From: Camelus dromedarius | Taxonomy: Eukaryota | Direction of reading: 5' to 3' | Assembly (NCBI RefSeq): GCF_036321535.1 | Contig: NC_087436.1 | Coordinates: 3,162,001-3,226,000, forward strand | DNA length: 64,000 bases | Shown here: in pieces, positions 52,501 to 64,000 of the stretch | How positions within the stretch are numbered: the stretch's first letter is position 1 | How the letters are laid out: every line of letters begins with the position of its first letter | Position numbers and translations under genes: made by a program | The notes under the pieces: model-generated | Database searches by the model: none | Seen by the model: the letters and a program-made list of their open reading frames with translations, nothing else | Told to the model about the DNA's origin: nothing

Positions 52501-55012
52501 AAAAGAAGCTTTGTGTACCCTACAAGCTAGGTGAAGTACGACATTCACACACACATATCTCTCAGATCTGAGCATGTGGAGAGACGTTCATTCATCTAGC
52601 ACAAAGGGAACAGTTTGCCGGAGAAACTTTTACTCTGGTTTCTCAGTCTGTTTCCTAGTGCCGGTTTGAAGTTCCTGCAGCTTTCACTGTAAAACCGAGT
52701 TGTGGCTTGTACCTCCCCATATATATGTATGGAGTGGAGTTTGCAAATGAAAATAAACTTTGTGTTCCCAACAAGCTAGGTGAAGGACGGCTTTCACACA
52801 CACTTATCTCTCAGGACTGAGCATGTGGAGATACGTTCGTTCATCTAGCACAAAGGAAACGGTTTGCAGTAGAAAACTTTACTCTGGTTTCTCAGGCTGT
52901 TTCCTAGTGCCGGTTTGAAGTTCCTGCATTTTTCACTGTAAAACGGAGTTGGAGCTAGTACCTCCCCATATATATGGATGGAGTGGAGTTTGCAAATGAA
53001 AAGAAACTTTGTGTTCCCAACAAGCTAGGTGAAGGATGGCTTTCACACACACTTATCTCCCAGAAATGAGCATGTGGAGAGACGTTCGTTCATCTAGCAC
53101 AAAGGGAACGTGTTGCAGGAGAAAATTTTACAGTGGTTTCTCAGTCTGTTTTGTAGTGCCGGTTTGAAGTTCCTGCAGTTTTCACTGTAAAACCTAGTTG
53201 GGGCTAGTAGCTCCCCATAAATATGTATGGAGTGGAGTTTGCATCTGAAAAGAATCTTTGTGTTCCTAACAAGCTAGGTGAAGGACGGCTTTCACACACA
53301 ATTATCTCTCAGAACTGAGCATGTGGAGAGACGATCGTTCATCTAGTCAAAATGAACGGGTTGCAGGAGAAACTTTCACTCTGGTTTCTCAGTCTGTTTC
53401 CTAGTGCCGGTTTTAAGTTCCTGCAGTTTTCACTGAGAATCCGAGTTGGGGCTAGTACCTCCCCATATATATGTATGGAGTGGAGGATGCAACTGAAAAG
53501 AAACTTTGTGTTCCCCACATGCTAGGTGAAGGACGGCTTTCACACACACTTATCTCTCAGAAATGAACATGTGGAGAGACTTTCGTTCATCTAGCCAAAA
53601 TGAACGGGTTGCAGGAGAAACTTTCACTCTGGTTTCTCAGTCTATTTCCTAGTGCCGGTTTCAAGTTCCTGCAGTTTTCACTGTAAAACCAGTTGGGTAA
53701 TGTACCTCCCAGTATATATGTATGGAGTGGAGTTTGCAAATGAAAAAACTTTGTGTTCCCAACAAGCTAGTTGAAGGACGTCTTTCACACACACTTATCT
53801 CTCAGAACTGAGCATGTGGAGAGACGTTCGTTCATCTAGCACAAAGGGAACGGGTTGCAGGAGAAAATTTTACTGTGATTTCTCAGTCTGTTTCGTAGTG
53901 CCGGTATGAAGTTCCTGCAGTTTTCACTGTAAAACCGAGTTCGGGCTAGTACCTACCCATAAATATGTATGGAGTGGAGTTTGCAACTGAAAAGAAAATT
54001 TGTGTTCCCAACAAGCTAGGTGAAGGATGGCTGTCATACACACTTATCTCCCAGAAATGAGCATGTGGAGAGACGTTCGTTCATCTAGCACAAAGGGAAC
54101 GGGTTGCAGGAGAAAATTTTTCAGTGGTTTCTCAGTCTGTTTCGTAGTGCCGGTTTGAAGTTCCTGCAGTTTTCACTGTAAAACCTAGTTGGAGCTAGTA
54201 GCTCCCCATAAATATGTATGGAGTGGAGTTTGCATCTGAAAAGAATCTTTGTGTTCCTAACAAGCTAGGTGAAGGACGGCTTTCACACACACTTATCTCT
54301 CAGGACTGAGCATGTGGAGAGACGATCGTTCATCTAGCCAAAAGGAACGGGTTGCAGGAGAAACTTTTACTCTGGTTTCTCAGACTGTTTCCTAGTGCCG
54401 GTTTGAAGTTCCTGCAGTTTTCACTGTAAAACCGAGTTGGAGCTAGTACCTAACCATATATATGTATGGAGTGAAGTTTGCAACTGAAAAGAAACTTTGT
54501 GTACCCAACAAGCTAGGTGAAGTACGACATTCACACACACATATCTCTCAGATATGAGCATGTGGAGAGAAGTTCATTCATCTAGCACAAAGGGAACAGT
54601 TTGCCGGAGAAACTTTTACTCTGGTTTCTCAGTCTGTTTCCTAGTGCCGGTTTGAAGTTACTGCAGTTTTAACTGTAAAACCGAGTTGTGGCTTGTACCT
54701 CCCCATATATATGTATGGAGTGGAGTTTGCAAATGAAAATAAACTTTGTGTTCCCAACAAGCTAGGTGAAGGACGGCTTTCACACACACTTATCACTCAG
54801 GACAGAGCACATGGAGAAACGTTCGTTCATCTAGCACAAAGGAAACGGTTTGCAGTAGAAAACTTTACTCTGGTTTCTCAGGCTGTTTCCTAGTGCCGGT
54901 TTGAAGTTCCTGCATTTTTCACTGTAAAACGGAGTTGGAGCTAGTACCTCCCCATATATATGGATGGAGTGGAGTTTGCAAGTGAAAAGAAACTTTGTGT
55001 TCCCAACAAGCT
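49521..55012 (+). repeat. 11-monomer (2731-bp) near-perfect tandem duplication
   Basis: Identical pseudo-ORFs at 51962 and 54693. Shared variants GGCTGTCATAC, ATCACTCAGGACAGAGCACATGG and CCTCCCAGTAT. Flanking mismatches at 49520/52251 and 52282/55013. Confidence 0.92.
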
Positions 55013-58000
55013 TGGTGAAGGATGGCTTTCACACACACTTATCTCCCAGAAATGAGCATGTGGAGAGAAGTTCGTTCATCTAGCACAAAGGGAACGGGTT
55101 GCAGGAGAAAATTTTACAGTGGTTTCCCAGTCTGTTTCGTAGTGCCGGTTTGAAGTTCCTGCAGTTTTCACTGTAAAACCTAGTTGGGGCTAGTAGCTCC
55201 CCATAAATATGTATGGAGTGGAGTTTGCATCTGAAAAGAATCTTTGTGTTCCTAACAAGCTAGGTGAAGGACGGCTTTCACACACACTTATCTCTCAGGA
55301 CTGAGCATGTGGAGAGACGTTCGTTCATCTAGGAAATAGGAAACGGGTTGCAGGAGAAAATTTTACTCTGGTTTCTCAGTCTGTTTCCTAGTGCCGGTTT
55401 GAAGTTCCTGAAGATTTCACTGTAAAACCGATCTGTAGATAGTACCTCTCCATATATATGTATGGATTGGAGTTTGCAACTGAAAAGAAACTTTGTGTTC
55501 CCAACAAGCTAGGTGAAGTACGGCTTTCACACACACTTATCTCTCAGAACTGAGCATGTGGAGAGACGTTCGTTCATCTAGCACAAATGAAACGGTTAGC
55601 AGGAGAAACTCTTACTCTCTTTTCCCAGTCTGTTTCCTAGTGCCGATTTGAAGTACCTGCAGTTTTCACTGTAAAACCGAGTTGGAGCTAGTACCTACCC
55701 ATATATATGTATGGATTGGAGTTTGCAAGTGAAAAGAATCTTTGTCTTCCAAACAAGCTAGGTAAAGAAAGCCTTTCACACACAATTATCTCTCAGAACT
55801 GAGCATGTGGAGAGACGTTCGTTCATCTAGCACAAAGGGAACGGTGTGCAGGAGAAAATATTACTCTGGTTTCCCAGTCTGTTTCCTAGTGCCGGTTTGA
55901 AGTTCCTGCAGTTTTCACTGTAAAACCGAGTTGGAGCTAGTACCTCCCCATATATATGTATGGATTGGAGTTTGCAAGTGAAAAGAATCTTTTTGTTCCG
56001 AAAAGCTAGGTGAAGGACGGCTTTCACACACACTTATTTCTCAGGACTGAGCATGTGGAGAAACGTTCGTTCATCTAGCACAAAGGAAACGGTTTGCAGT
56101 AGGAAACTTTACTCTGGTTTCTCAGGCTGTTTCCTAGTGCCGGTTTGAAGTTCCTGCATTTTTCACTGTAAAACGGAGTTGGAGCTAGTACCTCCCCATA
56201 TATATGGATGGAGTGGAGTTTGCAAGTGAAAAGAAACTTTGTGTACCCAACAAGCTAGGTGAAGGTTGGCTTTCACACACACTTATCTCCCAGAAGTTAG
56301 CATGTGGAGAGAAGTTCGTTCATCTAGCACAAAGGGATCGGGTTGCAGGAGAAAATTTTACAGTGGTTTCTCAGTCTGTTTCGTAGTGCCGGTTTTAAGT
56401 TCCTGCAGTTTTCACTGTAAAACATATTTGGGGCTAGTAGCTCCCCATAAATATGTATGGAGTGGAGTTTGCATCTGAAAAGAATCTTTGTGTTCCTAAC
56501 AAGCTAGGTGAAGGACGGCTTTCACACACACTTATCTCTCAGGACTGAGCATGTGGAGAGACGTTCGTTCATCTAGGAAATAGGAAACGGGTTGCAGGAG
56601 AAAATTTTACTCTAGTTTCTCAGTCTGTTTCCTAGTGCCGGTTTGAAGTTCCTGAAGATTTCACTGTAAAACCGAGTTGGAGCTAGTACCTACCCATATA
56701 TATGTATGGATTGGAGTTTGCAAGTGAAAAGAATCTTTGTCTTCCAAACAAGCTAGGTAAAGAACGGCTTTCACCCACACTTATCTCTCAGAACTGAGCA
56801 TGTGGAGAGACGTTCGTTCATCTAGCACAAATGAAACGGTTAGCAGGAGAAACTCTTACTCTCTTTTCCCAGTCTGTTTCCTAGTGCCGATTTGAAGTAC
56901 CTGCAGTTTTCACTGTAAAACCGAGTTGGAGCTAGTACCTACCCATATATATGTATGGATTGGAGTTTGCAAGTGAAAAGAATCTTTGTCTTCCAAACAA
57001 GCTAGGTAAAGAACGGCTTTCACACACAATTATCTCTCAGAACTGAGCATGTGGAGAGACGTTCGTTCATTTAGCACAAAGGGAACGGGTTGCAGGAGAA
57101 ACTTTTACTCTGGTTTCTCAGTCTGTTTCCTAGTGCCGGTTTGATGTTCCTGCAGTTCTCACTGTAAAACCGAGTTGGAGCTTGTACTTCCCCATAAAAA
57201 TGTATGGAGTGGAGTTTGCAACTGAAAAGAAACTTTGTGTTCTCAACAAGCTAGGTGAATGACGGCTTTCACACACAATTATCTCTCAGAACTGAACATG
57301 TGGAGAGACTTTCGTTCATCTAGTCAAAATGAACTGGTTGCAGGAGAAACTTTCATTCTGGTTTCTCAGTCTGTTTCCTAGTGCCGGTTTTAAGTTCCTG
57401 CAGTTTTCACTGAGAATCCGAGTTGGGGCTAGTACCTCCCCATATATATGTATGCAGTGGAGGATGCAACTGAAAAGAAACTTTGTGTTCCCAACATGCT
57501 AGGTGAAGGACGGCTTTCACACACACTTATCTCTCAGAAATGAGCATGTGGAGAGACTTTCGTTCATCTAGCCAAAATGAACGGGTTGCAGGAGAAATTT
57601 TCACTCTGGTTTCTCAGTCTGTTTCCTAGTGCCGGTTTCAAGTTCCTGCAGTTTTCACTGTAAAACCAGTTGGGTAATGTACCTCCCCGTATATATGTAT
57701 GAAGTGGAGTGTGCTAATGAAAAAAACTTTGTGTTCCCAACAAGCTAGTTGAAGGACGGCTTTCACACACACTTATCTCTCAGAACTGAGCATGTGGAGA
57801 GACGTTCGTTCATCTAGCAAAAAGGGAACGGGTTGCAGGAGAAACTTTTACTCTGGTTTCACAGTCTGTTTCCTAGTGCCGTTTTGAATTTCCTGCAGTT
57901 TTCACTGAGAAACCGAGTTGGGGCTAGTACCTCCCCATATATATGTATGGAGTGGAGTTTGCAAAAGAAAAGAACTTTGTGTTCCCAACAAGTTAGGTGA

Positions 58001-58559
58001 AGGACGGCTTCCACCCACACTTATCTCTCAGAACTGAGCATGTGGGGAGACGTTCGTTCATCTAGCACAAAGGAAACGGTTTGCAGTAGAAAATTTTACT
58101 CTGGATTCTCAGTCTGTTTCCTAGTGCCGGTTTGATGTTCCTGCATTTTTCACTGTAAAACCGAGTTGGAGCTAGTACCTCCCCATATATATGTATGGAT
58201 TGGTGTTTGCATGTGAAAAGACACTTCGTGTTCCCAACAAGCTAGTTGAAGAATGGCTTTCACACGCACATATCTCTCAGAACTGAGCATGTGGAGAGAC
58301 GTTCGTTCATCTAGCACAAAGGGAACGGGTTGCAGGAGAAAATTTTACTGTGATTTCTCAGTCTGTTTCGTAGTGCCGGTATGAAGTTCCTGCAGTTTTC
58401 ACTGTAAAACCGAGTTCGGGCTAGTACCTCCCCATAAATATGTATGGAGTGGAGTTTGCAAATTAAAAGAAACTTTGTGTTCCCAACAAGCTATGTGAAG
58501 GGCGGCTTTCACACACAATTATCTCTCAGAACTGAGCATGTGGAGAAACGTTCGTTCAT

Positions 58560-61500
58560 CTAGCACAAAGGAAACGGTTTGCAGTAGAAAACTTTACTCT
58601 GGTTTCTCAGGCTGTTTCCTAGTGCCGGTTTGAATTTCCTGCATTTTTCACTGTAAAACGGAGTTGGAGCTAGTACCTCCCCATATATATGGATGGAGTG
58701 GAGTTTGCAAATGAAAAGAAACTTTGTGTTCCCAACAAGCTAGGTGAAGGATGGCTTTCACACACACTTATCTCCCAGAAATGAGCATGTGGAGAGACGT
58801 TCGTTCATCTAGCACAAAGGGAACGGGTTGCAGGAGAAAATTTTACAGTGGTTTCTCAGTCTGTTTCGTAGTGCCGGTTTGAAGTTCCTGCAGTTTTCAC
58901 TGTAAAATCTAGTTGGGGCTAGTAGCTCCCCATAAATATGTATGGAGTGGAGTTTGCATCTGAAAAGAATCTTTGTGTTCCTAACAAGCTAGGTGAAGGA
59001 CGGCTTTCACACACACTTATCTCTCAGGACTGAGCATGTGGAGAGACGATCGTTCATCCAGCCAAAAGAACGGGTTGCAGGAGAAACTTTTACTCTGGTT
59101 TCTCAGACTGTTTCCTAGTGCCGGTTTGAAGTTCCTGCAGTTTTCACTGTAAAACCGAGTTGGAGCTAGTACCTAACCATATATATGTATGGAGTGAAGT
59201 TTGAAACTGAAAAGAAACTTTGTGTACCCTACAAGCTAGGTGAAGTACGACATTCACACACACATATCTCTCAGATCTGAGCATGTGGAGAGACGTTCAT
59301 TCATCTAGCACAAAGGGAACAGTTTGCCGGAGAAACTTTTACTCTGGTTTCTCAGTCTGTTTCCTAGTGCCGGTTTGAAGTTCCTGCAGCTTTCACTGTA
59401 AAACCGAGTTGTGGCTTGTACCTCCCCATATATATGTATGGAGTGGAGTTTGCAAATGAAAATAAACTTTGTGTTCCCAACAAGCTAGGTGAAGGACGGC
59501 TTTCACACACACTTATCTCTCAGGACTGAGCATGTGGAGAGACGATCGTTCATCTAGTCAAAATGAACGGGTTGCAGGAGAAACTTTCACTCTGGTTTCT
59601 CAGTCTGTTTCCTAGTGCCGGTTTTAAGTTCCTGCAGTTTTCACTGAGAATCCGAGTTGGGGCTAGTACCTCCCCATATATATGTATGGAGTGGAGGATG
59701 CAACTGAAAAGAAACTTTGTGTTCCCAACATGCTAGGTGAAGGACGGCTTTCACACACACTTATCTCTCAGAAATGAGCATGTGGAGAAACTTTCGTTCA
59801 TCTAGCCAAAATGAACGGGTTGCAGGAATAACTTTCACTCTGGTTTCTCAGTCTATTTCCTAGTGCCGGTTTCAAGTTCCTGCAGTTTTCACTGTAAAAC
59901 CAGTTGGGTAATGTACCTCCCCGTATATATGTATGGAGTGGAGTTTGCAAATGAAAAAAACTTTGTGTTCCTAACAAGCTAGGTGAAGGACGGCTTTCAC
60001 ACACACTTATCTCTCAGGACTGAGCATGTGGAGAGACGATCGTTCATCTAGCCAAAAGGAACGGGTTGCAGGAGAAACTTTTACTCTGGTTTCTCAGACT
60101 GTTTCCTAGTGCCGGTTTGAAGTTCCTGCAGTTTTCACTGTAAAACCGAGTTGGAGCTAGTACCTAACCATATATATGTATGGAGTGAAGTTTGCAACTG
60201 AAAAGAAACTTTGTGTACCCAACAAGCTAGGTGAAGTACGACATTCACACACACATATCTCTCAGATATGAGCATGTGGAGAGACGTTCATTCATCTAGC
60301 ACAAAGGAAACGGTTTGCAGTAGAAAATTTTACTCTGGTTTCTCAGGCTGTTTCCTAGTTCCGGTTTGATTTTCCTGCATTTTTCACTGTAAAACGGAGT
60401 TGGAGCTAGTACCTCCCCATATATATGGATGGAGTGGAGTTTGCAAATGAAAAGAAACTTTGTGTTCCCAACAAGCTAGGTGAAGGATGGCTTTCACACA
60501 CACTTATCTCCCAGAAATGAGCATGTGGAGAGACGTTCGTTCATCTAGCACAAAGGGAACGGGTTGCAGGAGAAAATTTTACAGTGGTTTCTCAGTCTGT
60601 TTCGTAGTGCCGGTTTGAAGTTCCTGCAGTTTTCACTGTAAAATCTAGTTGGGGCTAGTAGCTCCCCATAAATATGTATGGAGTGGAGTTTGCATCTGAA
60701 AAGAATCTTTGTGTTCCTAACAAGCTAGGTGAAGGACGGCTTTCACACACACTTATCTCTCAGGACTGAGCATGTGGAGAGACGATCGTTCATCTAGCCA
60801 AAAGAACGGGTTGCAGGAGAAACTTTTACTCTGGTTTCTCAGACTGTTTCCTAGTGCCGGTTTGAAGTTCCTGCAGTTTTCACTGTAAAACCGAGTTGGA
60901 GCTAGTACCTAACCATATATATGTATGGAGTGAAGTTTGAAACTGAAAAGAAACTTTGTGTACCCTACAAGCTAGGTGAAGTACGACATTCACACACACA
61001 TATCTCTCAGATCTGAGCATGTGGAGAAACGTTCATTCATCTAGCACAAAGGGAACAGTTTGCCGGAGAAACTTTTACTCTGGTTTCTCAGTCTGTTTCC
61101 TAGTGCCGGTTTGAAGTTCCTGCAGCTTTCACTGTAAAACCGAGTTGTGGCTTGTACCTCCCCATATATATGTATGGAGTGGAGTTTGCAAATGAAAATA
61201 AACTTTGTGTTCCCAACAAGCTAGGTGAAGGACGGCTTTCACACACACTTATCTCTCAGGACTGAGCATGTGGAGAGACGATCGTTCATCTAGTCAAAAT
61301 GAACGGGTTGCAGGAGAAACTTTCCCTCTGGTTTCTCAGTCTGTTTCCTAGTGCCGGTTTTAAGTTCCTGCAGTTTTCACTGAGAATCCGAGTTGGGGCT
61401 AGTACCTCCCCATATATATGTATGGAGTGGAGGATGCAACTGAAAAGAAACTTTGTGTTCCCAACATGCTAGGTGAAGGACGGCTTTCACACACACTTAT

Positions 61501-62043
61501 CTCTCAGAAATAAGCATGTGGAGAGACTTTCGTTCATCTAGCCAAAATGAACGGGTTGCAGGAGAAACTTTCACTCTGGTTTCTCAGTCTATTTCCTAGT
61601 GCCGGTTTCAAGTTCCTGCAGTTTTCACTGTAAAACCAGTTGGGTAATGTACCTCCCCGTATATATGTATGGAGTGGAGTTTGCAAATGAAAAAAACTTT
61701 GTGTTCCTAACAAGCTAGGTGAAGGACGGCTTTCACACACACTTATCTCTCAGGACTGAGCATGTGGAGAGACGATCGTTCATCTAGCCAAAAGGAACGG
61801 GTTGCAGGAGAAACTTTTACTCTGGTTTCTCAGACTGTTTCCTAGTGCCGGTTTGAAGTTCCTGCAGTTTTCACTGTAAAACCGAGTTGGAGCTAGTACC
61901 TAACCATATATAAGTATGGAGTGAAGTTTGCAACTGAAAAGAAACTTTGTGTACCCAACAAGCTAGGTGAAGTACGACATTCACACACACATATCTCTCA
62001 GATATGAGCATGTGGAGAGACGTTCATTCATCTAGCACAAAGG
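58560..62043 (+). repeat. 7-monomer (1736-bp) tandem duplication, slightly diverged
   Basis: Pseudo-ORFs 59798 and 61534 are offset by 1736. AAAATCTAGTTGGGG, GTACCCTACAAG and GGAGGATGCAAC are shared in order, with several substitutions between the copies. Confidence 0.87.
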
Positions 62044-64000
62044 GAACAGTTTGCCAGAGAAACTTTTACTCTGGTTTCTCAGTCTGTTTCCTAGTGCCGG
62101 TTTGAAGTTACTGCAGTTTTAACTGTAAAACCGAGTTGTGGCTTGTACCTCCCCATATATATGTATGGAGTGGAGTTTGCAAATGAAAATAAACTTTGTG
62201 TTCCCAACAAGCTAGGTGAAGGACGGCTTTCACACACACTTATCTCTCAGGACTGAGCACGTGGAGAAACGTTCGTTCATCTAGCACAAAAGAAACGGTT
62301 TGCAGTAGAAAACTTTACTCTGGTTTCTCAGGCTTTTTCCTAGTGCCGGTTTGAAGTTCCTACATTTTTCACTGTAAAACGGAGTTGGAGCTAGTACCTC
62401 CCCATATATATGGATGGAGTGGAGTTTGCAAGTGAAAAGAAACTTTGTGTTCCCAACAAGCTAGGTGAAGGATGGCTTTCACACACACTTATCTCCCAGA
62501 AATGAGCATGTGGAGAGAAGTTCGTTCATCTAGCACAAAGGGAACGGGTTGCAGGAGAAAATTTTACAGTGGTTTCCCAGTCTGTTTCGTAGTGCCGGTT
62601 TGAAGTTCCTGCAGTTTTCACTGTAAAACCTAGTTGGGGCTAGTAGCTCCCCATAAATATGTATGGAGTGGAGTTTGCATCTGAAAAGAATCTTTGTGTT
62701 CCTAACAAGCTAGGTGAAGGACGGCTTTCACACACACTTATCTCTCAGGACTGAGCATGTGGAGAGACGTTCATTCATCTAGGAAATAGGAAACGGGTTG
62801 CAGGAGAAAATTTTACTCTGGTTTCTCAGTCTGTTTCCTAGTGCCGGTTTGAAGTTCCTGAAGATTTCACTGTAAAACCGATCTGTAGATAGTACCTCTC
62901 CATATATATGTATGGATTGGAGTTTGCAACTGAAAAGAAACTTTGTGTTCCCAACAAGCTAGGTGAAGTACGGCTTTCACACTCACTTATCTCTCAGAAC
63001 TGAGCATGTGGAGAGACGTTCGTTCATCTAGCACAAATGAAACGGTTAGCAGGAGAAACTCTTACTCTCTTTTCCCAGTCTGTTTCCTAGTGCCGATTTG
63101 AATTACCTGCAGTTTTCACTGTAAAACCGAGTTGGAGCTAGTACCTACCCATATATATGTATGGATTGGAGTTTGCAAGTGAAAAGAATCTTTGTCTTCC
63201 AAACAAGCTAGGTAAAGAACGCCTTTCACACACAATTATCTCTCAGAACTGAGCATGTGGAGAGACGTTCGTTCATCTAGCAAAGGGAACGGTGTGCAGG
63301 AGAAAATATTACTCTGGTTTCCCAGTCTGTTTCCTAGTGCCGGTTTGAAGTTCCTGCAGTTTTCACTGTAAAACCGATTTGGAGCTAGTACCTCCCATAT
63401 ATATGTATGGATTGGAGTTTGCAAGTGAAAAGAATCTTTTTGTTCCGAAAACCTAGGTGAAGGACGGCTTTCACACACACTTATCTCTCAGGACTGAGCA
63501 TGTGGAGAGACGTTCGTTCATCTAGGAAATATGAAACGGGTTGCAGGAGAAACTTTCACTCTGGTTTCTCAGTCTATTTCCTAGTGCCGGTTTCAAGTTC
63601 CTGCAGTTTTCACTGTAAAACCAGTTGGGTAATGTACCTCCCCGTATATATGTATGGAGTGGAGTTTGCAAATGAAAAAAACTTTGTGTTCCTAACAAGC
63701 TAGGTGAAGGACGGCTTTCACACACACTTATCTCTCAGGACTGAGCATGTGGAGAGAAGATCGTTCATCTAGCCAAAAGGAACGGGTTGCAGGAGAAACT
63801 TTTACTCTGGTTTCTCAGACTGTTTCCTAGTGCCGGTTTGAAGTTCCTGCAGTTTTCACTGTAAAACCGAGTTGGAGCTAGTACCTAACCATATATATGT
63901 ATGGAGTGAAGTTTGCAACTGAAAAGAAACTTTGTGTACCCAACAAGCTAGGTGAAATACGACATTCACACACACATATCTCTCAGATATGAGCATGTGG

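Larger units (their letters stand above)
1..64000. repeat. Tandem satellite DNA array, ~249-bp monomer, ~258 copies, uniform orientation (centromeric/pericentromeric-type; family not identified)
   Basis: The anchor TAGT(G/A)CCG recurs at 1, 250 and 499 (1-bp-deleted variant at 747) and continues to the window end. Multi-monomer offsets (7451/30, 2731/11, 2981/12) give ~248.3-248.4 bp per unit. No non-satellite sequence was seen. The array runs off both window ends. Confidence 0.98.

Noticed and set aside
935..63725. All 60-85 aa ORFs in the supplied track (MCVKAV..., MCESRP..., MYGVEF..., etc.)
   Set aside because: They are about one monomer long, occur in several frames on both strands, mostly use GTG/TTG starts in the CA run, and open or close with random monomer variants. 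They resemble no protein family I recognise. They were useful only as markers of duplication offsets.
1..64000. CRISPR array or other repeat-spacer system
   Set aside because: There are no unique spacers. The entire 249-bp period is repeated and no cas or other genes are present.
1..64000. Tandem 5S rRNA, tRNA, snRNA or spliced-leader gene cluster
   Set aside because: I recognised no 5S sequence, cloverleaf or properly arranged Pol III A/B boxes. Variation is spread across the unit with no conserved gene versus variable spacer contrast. An Rfam/Infernal scan would settle this.
1..64000. One regular array-wide higher-order repeat
   Set aside because: Observed block offsets differ (2, 3, 4, 6, 7, 11, 12, 16, 19, 30 and 37 monomers), and I saw none repeated over many consecutive periods.

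Overview
The whole 64-kb window is one uninterrupted head-to-tail tandem array of a ~249-bp satellite DNA (about 258 monomers, mean period ~248.4 bp, single orientation). I found no gene, RNA gene, transposon insertion, inversion or CRISPR spacer. All ORFs in the track are chance translations of the monomer. The organisation resembles eukaryotic centromeric/pericentromeric satellite, but species, family name and centromere function cannot be established from the sequence. The information lies in the variant pattern. There is no single fixed higher-order repeat, but a mosaic of nested local duplications. The clearest is a near-identical 30-monomer duplication whose second copy carries a younger 6-monomer duplication; 11-mer, 7-mer and smaller duplications and regional subfamilies also occur. 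The monomer itself looks like an ancient dimer of ~124-bp halves, carries several short dyads, and has the two halves of a CENP-B-box-like motif separated by 13 extra bases. All comparisons were made by eye and need computational confirmation. I found no evidence for a novel protein-coding system.
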